64,000 bases of DNA, from the NCBI GenBank assembly GCA_044358835.1, contig JBIKNF010000002.1, positions 9,909 through 73,908 on the forward strand, in the 5' to 3' direction. The notes under the pieces were generated by a model. That model worked only from the letters and a program-made list of their open reading frames with translations. It was not told where the DNA came from and searched no databases. This stretch comes from Vampirovibrionales bacterium (GTDB taxonomy: Bacteria; Cyanobacteriota; Vampirovibrionia; Vampirovibrionales; JAJTHC01). The position numbers and the translations under genes are program-made. This document shows, piece after piece, positions 59,148 through 64,000 of this stretch. Position 1 is the first letter of the stretch. The number at the start of each line of letters is the position of its first letter.

Positions 59148-60275
59148 CTAGCCTTTTTTGTAACGAAGCAAGCCTAGAAAAAAGATCAACAACAATACAA
59201 TCGGGAAAAAGGCCGCAATTCCTCCATGAATCGCCCCTGTACTGGCCAATTGAGTGGCCAAGGGCTTAGAAACCAAGAACAAAAACAAGGCGATGGTGGC
59301 GAAAGCCAACGGCTGAATGCTCCGTTTACGAGGCTCTTCTAACGCAATGGGAATGCCCAAAAGCATTAACAAGGGTAAGGCAAGTGGCGTGGCAACGCGA
59401 TCCCACAAGTGATTGTCAACACTTCCAAGCGTATGCCATTGACGATACTGACGCAACACCCGTCGAGCGTTTAAAAGCACCTGAACCGTTTGCCCCTTCG
59501 GCTCTAGGCTCATCACTTCTAACAAGGGCTTAAGCGGCGCAAAAAGTTTCGCTTCAAGCAAGGGCTGGTAAATCACTTGAGACACTTGACCCCCCGCGTC
59601 AATGGTGACACGACGACTATTTTCAAGCGTGGCACTGGGTAAGTGGTTCAAGGTAAGACGCTCCGATTTTGTCCATCGGCACAGTTTAACAGAGTGGGTG
59701 GGATTTGCTTCACGACAGAACTCCAGCCAAAGTAAGTCCGACGCTTGATTGGGGCTGTACACATCGCCAATCAATAAAAGGTTGGGATGCGTATTTTGAA
59801 CATCCGAATCGAGCGAAACCAAGGCACTAATTGGGGTTTTGGATCGAATTTGATACTGAATCAGTTTTTGTTTCAGCGTTGGAAAGCTCAAGGGCATAAG
59901 CACATTTTGAATAAACACCATCGCCCCCATCAGCAAAAATCCCACCCCGATAAAAGGGCGAATCACCCGATTCCACGGCACACCTAGGGCAAAAAACGAC
60001 ACCCACTCTAAATCTTGATTCAACCGGCGTACCAAAAATACGCTGGCCATTAAGCTGGCCATCGGTAGGGCTTGAATGAGAATGTCAGGCACTTGCAAGG
60101 CCAAAACAATCAGCCCTTCATGAAAGGGTAGATTACCATTTTGAATCGCCTGCACCACTTTGAAGAAGGCTTCAGGCGCCATCCAAATCAAGGTAAAAAT
60201 TAGCACCGCCACGCAAACATTCCACAGCAAGGGACGAATTAAATAGTCTTCCACCTTTGAAACCAGCCGAAACAT
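59148..60275 (-). CDS. LPS export permease, LptF/LptG (YjgP/YjgQ) family
   Basis: 375 aa with six TM segments and a periplasmic beta-jellyroll insert. It is coupled to lptB by an overlap. Confidence 0.6.
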   Translation of the reverse strand: MFRLVSKVEDYLIRPLLWNVCVAVLIFTLIWMAPEAFFKVVQAIQNGNLPFHEGLIVLALQVPDILIQALPMASLMASVFLVRRLNQDLEWVSFFALGVPWNRVIRPFIGVGFLLMGAMVFIQNVLMPLSFPTLKQKLIQYQIRSKTPISALVSLDSDVQNTHPNLLLIGDVYSPNQASDLLWLEFCREANPTHSVKLCRWTKSERLTLNHLPSATLENSRRVTIDAGGQVSQVIYQPLLEAKLFAPLKPLLEVMSLEPKGQTVQVLLNARRVLRQYRQWHTLGSVDNHLWDRVATPLALPLLMLLGIPIALEEPRKRSIQPLAFATIALFLFLVSKPLATQLASTGAIHGGIAAFFPIVLLLIFFLGLLRYKKG

Positions 60276-60994
60276 TAAATTGAAAATCCTTCGCCTAAGT
60301 AGCTTTTACGCACCAAATCACTTTGGGCCACTTCTTGGCTACTGCCATGAAACAGGACTTTACCGTCGAACATCACATAGGCACGGGAAACAATGTTTAA
60401 CGTGGCTTGTGGGTTGTGGTCCGTAATAAGAATCCCTAAGCCCCGTTCTTGTAAGTGGGCAATAAGCTTCTGTAATTCTTCAATGGTTATAGGGTCAATA
60501 CCGGTAAAGGGCTCGTCTAACAACAGGTACTTGGGGTTGGCGGCCAAAGCGCGGGCAATTTCAAGGCGACGGCGTTCCCCACCAGAAAGTTTAATGGCAG
60601 GCGCGTCTTTCAGACGTAAAATGCCAAATTCTTCTAACAAGGCATTACGACGTTCTTGACGTTCAAGCTCCGTGTAGGGTTGAAATTCAAGCACCAAGTC
60701 GAGATTTTCACCCACAGTTAAGCCCCTAAAAATGGACGATTCCTGCGGAAGGTACCCCAAGCCAAGGGAAGCTCTTTCATGAATGGGCAACTGTTCTACA
60801 GGCACATTGTCAATACGAATGGTGCCTTCATCCGGGCGAATAACCCCGACCACTGAATAAAAACTGGTCGTTTTTCCGGCTCCATTGGGCCCGAGTAAGC
60901 CGACCACTTCCCCAGGATTCACCGTAAAGCTAACATCATCCACCACGTTACGTTCGCCGTATGATTTTTTTAAATGTTCAGCCACTAGCATCAT
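60275..60994 (-). CDS. lptB: LPS export ABC transporter ATP-binding protein LptB
   Basis: GPNGAGKTT Walker A, LSGGERRRLEIARAL signature, LLLDEPFTGID Walker B. 239 aa. Confidence 0.85.
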   Translation of the reverse strand: MMLVAEHLKKSYGERNVVDDVSFTVNPGEVVGLLGPNGAGKTTSFYSVVGVIRPDEGTIRIDNVPVEQLPIHERASLGLGYLPQESSIFRGLTVGENLDLVLEFQPYTELERQERRNALLEEFGILRLKDAPAIKLSGGERRRLEIARALAANPKYLLLDEPFTGIDPITIEELQKLIAHLQERGLGILITDHNPQATLNIVSRAYVMFDGKVLFHGSSQEVAQSDLVRKSYLGEGFSI

Positions 60995-62151
60995 GTTTGA
61001 TCTGCATCTCCCGTTTTAAATGGGCCCAAGTCGAAGTCTTTACTATTGTATTCGTCTTCTTCGGTGACGGTGTGCCCTTTTTTGGTGGCACGGGCTACGC
61101 CATTTTTTAGCGTCTTGCTGGAACGACTGGCTGTTGAGGCCTTTGGCTTTTGAATGAGCTTGGTTTTTACGTTACCGCGGGCGTCAAAGTGCCGAGGGTT
61201 CATGGTCACTTCAATAATATCAGCCGTGACTTGCCGAATCTGTCCTTCCTTGATGGTGGAGCGACCTGAAAAAACCGCCCGTTCCAGATCCATGTTCTTG
61301 CCTTTGCTCATGTAAAACACCGCTTTGGGGCCACGTGCCTTGTACGCTTCAAAATCTAAATCCACTGAACCACTTGCAATAAGCAATCCCTGTTGGCGAT
61401 CAAACTGTTGGTAGGCCGCACGCAATAGAATAGGCTTAGGATTACCGGCCTGAATAACGCGGGTAAAGGCATTGCCTTCGGCCATAAAGATGTTTTGCTT
61501 AGGAACCAGAATAATTTGATGGGCGTAGACGTCGGCGTCTTTTTGGTGAAGCTTGGCCTCGCCTGTAAAGGTAATGCGTTCTGCGGAATTGTTGGCCCCT
61601 AAAACAAGCAAGGCTTGTGCAGCCGTGGCGTTGGCTTCGCTACTGGTGATGCGTACATCGCCTGAAGCCAACATTTGAGCACGTGATTTAAGGTACTGTT
61701 GCATGCTAGACTGAATACGAACGGGCGATTTTCCTTCTGGCGTAATGAAGGTGTCTACATTTCCACTCGCGGTAAAGGCTTCTTTTTTGAAGTCAAAAAT
61801 CAAACCTTCACTATTGAGTGAATCCTTGCCTTTATTGACACTCACACCCCCTTCAAATTGAGCCACTGACGGTTGAGCATTAGCATCCATCAACACTTTA
61901 CCACGGGGGGCTTTAATCGTTGTTTCGCCTGAACGAACAATGACGTTACCCTTAAAATAGCTAATGTTATTTTTTAAATCAACGGTCTGTTCATTGGCTT
62001 CAATCACCACAGCATTACCCATGGCTAAAAACTGTTCCGCCGCTTGTACGGGACGAGGTTCCAGCGGGGGCACCATGAACATGAAGCTAAAAAGGCCACA
62101 AACGCCAAGAAGACTGCTAATCCAAGCCTTCCACGATTTTGTTAAGTTCAT
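60991..62151 (-). CDS. Extended LptA/OstA-family periplasmic protein with an N-terminal anchor
   Basis: 386 aa with the repeated OstA-like beta-jellyroll pattern (FKGNVIVRSGETTIKAPRGKV...). An N-terminal hydrophobic segment is present. Confidence 0.55.
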   Translation of the reverse strand: MNLTKSWKAWISSLLGVCGLFSFMFMVPPLEPRPVQAAEQFLAMGNAVVIEANEQTVDLKNNISYFKGNVIVRSGETTIKAPRGKVLMDANAQPSVAQFEGGVSVNKGKDSLNSEGLIFDFKKEAFTASGNVDTFITPEGKSPVRIQSSMQQYLKSRAQMLASGDVRITSSEANATAAQALLVLGANNSAERITFTGEAKLHQKDADVYAHQIILVPKQNIFMAEGNAFTRVIQAGNPKPILLRAAYQQFDRQQGLLIASGSVDLDFEAYKARGPKAVFYMSKGKNMDLERAVFSGRSTIKEGQIRQVTADIIEVTMNPRHFDARGNVKTKLIQKPKASTASRSSKTLKNGVARATKKGHTVTEEDEYNSKDFDLGPFKTGDADQT

Positions 62152-62226
62152 AAACAGGGAGACCTCAAAGTAAACGTCATGACCCTGTTATTCTAGCACA
62201 GAAACAAAATAAAGCGAGAACTCGCC

Positions 62227-62646
62227 CTAATTCTCTGATTCTAGTAAGCGACGTGTTTCGGCGTCTAATTGCGAAACAAGGGCTTCTTTGGCTCGCGCCG
62301 CTTGGCTATGGCCCGATTGTTCGGCCAAGCTTAACCAGTGGTAAGCGTCCTTGACGTTACGAACCACCCCCCAGCCCTTCATGTACATTAAGCCGAGTTG
62401 ATATTGAGATTCTGCATGCCCGGCTTGAGCAGCGTTGGTGAAGAGTTGAACGGCCTTGGTTTTGTCTCCGTTTGCGAAAGCGGTTTTGGCTTGCGAATAG
62501 GTGCTTTCAAGATTGATTTCATCTCTGGCGGAAGCGATTGTTTCTGGCAAGAAAAACAGGACGCCTAAAACACTAAAAAGAAGCGCAGTACCTAAAAACC
62601 ACTGAATGGGATTGCTTTTTTTAGACATGAAAACAGACTCCTTCAA
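62227..62646 (-). CDS. Small Sel1/TPR-repeat protein with an N-terminal TM/signal segment
   Basis: 139 aa with two Sel1-like units (AVQLFTNAAQAGHAESQYQLGLMYMKGWGV). Confidence 0.55.
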   Translation of the reverse strand: MKESVFMSKKSNPIQWFLGTALLFSVLGVLFFLPETIASARDEINLESTYSQAKTAFANGDKTKAVQLFTNAAQAGHAESQYQLGLMYMKGWGVVRNVKDAYHWLSLAEQSGHSQAARAKEALVSQLDAETRRLLESEN

Positions 62647-62790
62647 AACTCTCGTGATGTTGATTGGATCGCCTTGTTAGTTTAGACAATTTATGAACGC
62701 TTTGTCAAGACTTAGGCGAATGCGCTTGAAATCTTACAACAGGCGGGGGAATGGTGTACAAAAAACACCATGAAAGATATTCCGCAAAAA

Positions 62791-63456
62791 TTAATCCTGA
62801 GTCTGCTGAAAATACAGACGCATGAGTTGACGTTGACGTTTATAATCAGGGCAATACCGTGCGACTAAAGCCCAAAAACGTTTACTGTGGTTGGCTTCCT
62901 GAAAATGAGCCAGTTCATGCAAAATGAGGTATCGAAAGGCTTCTGCTGGAATGGCTTGCCCCAAACAATAACGAGACACCGTCATCACCCCGATCCGTAA
63001 ATTGACTTGAGCCAAGTGTGACACTTTTGAACGCCCTATTTTGACGTCCTTTAAAGGGGCTTGAAAGGTGCTTGCATTTAACTGGTGAACATAGGCCTTG
63101 AGTTCAGAAAGGGTTTGAATGGAAAGGCTTGGCGCACCATGGGCCAGATCTTCAGCGTGCAAGGATTCCATAGACAACCGATGCCGTTGCTGTTTAAAAT
63201 GAACGTGCGAAAGTTTGATCACCAATTCATCAATGGCATGTTGTTTCAAGCGTTTGGACCAATGGGGCGGAAGGGTGATAACGGCCGTGTTTCCTAAAAT
63301 ACGCCCTGAAGCCCGCTTGGCTCGCGCGGATTCCTTGAGTGAAACCGGTAAGCCCGTATGAAGCACCAAGGCTTTAAGGGGGAATTCTTCCTGCTCTTTA
63401 GACGCGTGAAAGGAGGAAAGAACGGGTTGTAAAAACGACAGTAACGACTGTTGCAT
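62791..63456 (-). CDS. YgjP-like metal-dependent hydrolase (DUF45/WLM, zincin fold)
   Basis: HELAHFQEANHSKRFWALVARYCPDYKRQRQ matches the DUF45 HExxH...NHS.RFW motif. Confidence 0.7.
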   Translation of the reverse strand: MQQSLLSFLQPVLSSFHASKEQEEFPLKALVLHTGLPVSLKESARAKRASGRILGNTAVITLPPHWSKRLKQHAIDELVIKLSHVHFKQQRHRLSMESLHAEDLAHGAPSLSIQTLSELKAYVHQLNASTFQAPLKDVKIGRSKVSHLAQVNLRIGVMTVSRYCLGQAIPAEAFRYLILHELAHFQEANHSKRFWALVARYCPDYKRQRQLMRLYFQQTQD

Positions 63457-63461
63457 TCGCC

Positions 63462-64000
63462 TTATACCTCTACAATACTTCTACAGTCAAGGGGCATTAA
63501 CCCCTGTTGTGGATGCTCCCGATGCCACGCGCGGGCTTTTTCAACGTCCTGCGTGATTTGGCGGGTCAGGGCCTCCACATTTTCAAAGCGAATTTCGTCT
63601 CTTAAACGCTGGTGAAAAACGACTTCGGCGGGTTGTTGCCACCAATTTTCATAGGCAAAGACTTCCAGCACGTGGGATTCTATCTTGACAGAAGAGCCTT
63701 CATTCACGGTGGGGGCAGTGCCTACGTTGGTGACACTTTTAAATACCTGCCCCGCCGTAATCGTATGGGTGATATACACACCATTTTTGGGAATAATTTT
63801 TTCCGCTTCAGTGGGTTGAATGTTGAGCGTAGGGAATCCAAGTGTTCGGCCTAATTGACGCCCTGCTTGGGTTTTGCCTAAAACGCGATAGGCCCTACCC
63901 AGTAAAAGGCTCGCTTCTTTTACATCGCCTTTGCCAAGAAGATGGCGAATCCAGGTGCTGGAAATGGCCAGCGTATTTGATTCTTCCGCCAAATGCGTAG
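63462..64000 (-). CDS. ribF: Bifunctional riboflavin kinase/FMN adenylyltransferase, C-terminal riboflavin-kinase domain (gene continues past the window end)
   Basis: GRTLGFPTLNIQP...VTNVGTAPTV...E(S)HVLEV... is the riboflavin kinase signature. The reading frame is open to position 64000. Confidence 0.8.
   Translation of the reverse strand, partial: THLAEESNTLAISSTWIRHLLGKGDVKEASLLLGRAYRVLGKTQAGRQLGRTLGFPTLNIQPTEAEKIIPKNGVYITHTITAGQVFKSVTNVGTAPTVNEGSSVKIESHVLEVFAYENWWQQPAEVVFHQRLRDEIRFENVEALTRQITQDVEKARAWHREHPQQGLMPLDCRSIVEV

Noticed and set aside
1-64000. CRISPR arrays, IS elements, integrases and prophage genes
   Set aside because: None was seen. The only regular repeats are the 9-mer tract at 37913-37948 and the hairpin array at 55575-55800, and neither has the repeat-spacer architecture of a CRISPR.

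Overview
This 64 kb window is a bacterial chromosomal segment of about 48-50% GC. It carries a dense set of housekeeping genes: ispH, pgk, cysS, aspS, proS, glyQ, trmD, mdh, hemB, trpB, a cysteine desulfurase, an aldehyde dehydrogenase, an lptFG/lptB/lptA-like operon and a Thr-Tyr-Thr tRNA cluster. Interleaved with these are many ORFans. They are Pro-rich, low-complexity, TPR/Sel1, tail-anchored or pentapeptide-repeat proteins, and several sit on islets whose GC is clearly lower (about 37-42%) or higher (about 58%) than their neighbours. I found no CRISPR array, IS element, transposase or integrase. Three features together look like a Chlamydia-like or other PVC-type intracellular bacterium: a 253 aa sigma-28, a 1132 aa SWIM+SNF2 helicase, and a candidate effector carrying a GDPHV autocleavage-type motif. 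That taxonomic call is inference. Four items are most worth follow-up. (1) An array of five GGGAGAGGG-type palindromic hairpins downstream of mdh. (2) A recurring 15 nt intergenic motif, TAGATAAAACGGTCT, found at four sites next to ORFan genes. (3) A four-gene tripartite ABC exporter adjacent to the sigma-28 gene. (4) An ORFan cluster at 34956-41090 that includes a repeat-tailed 944 aa membrane protein, a 9-mer tandem repeat tract and the MIIA-like protein. All protein identifications rest on motifs I recognised in the translations. I ran no database searches.
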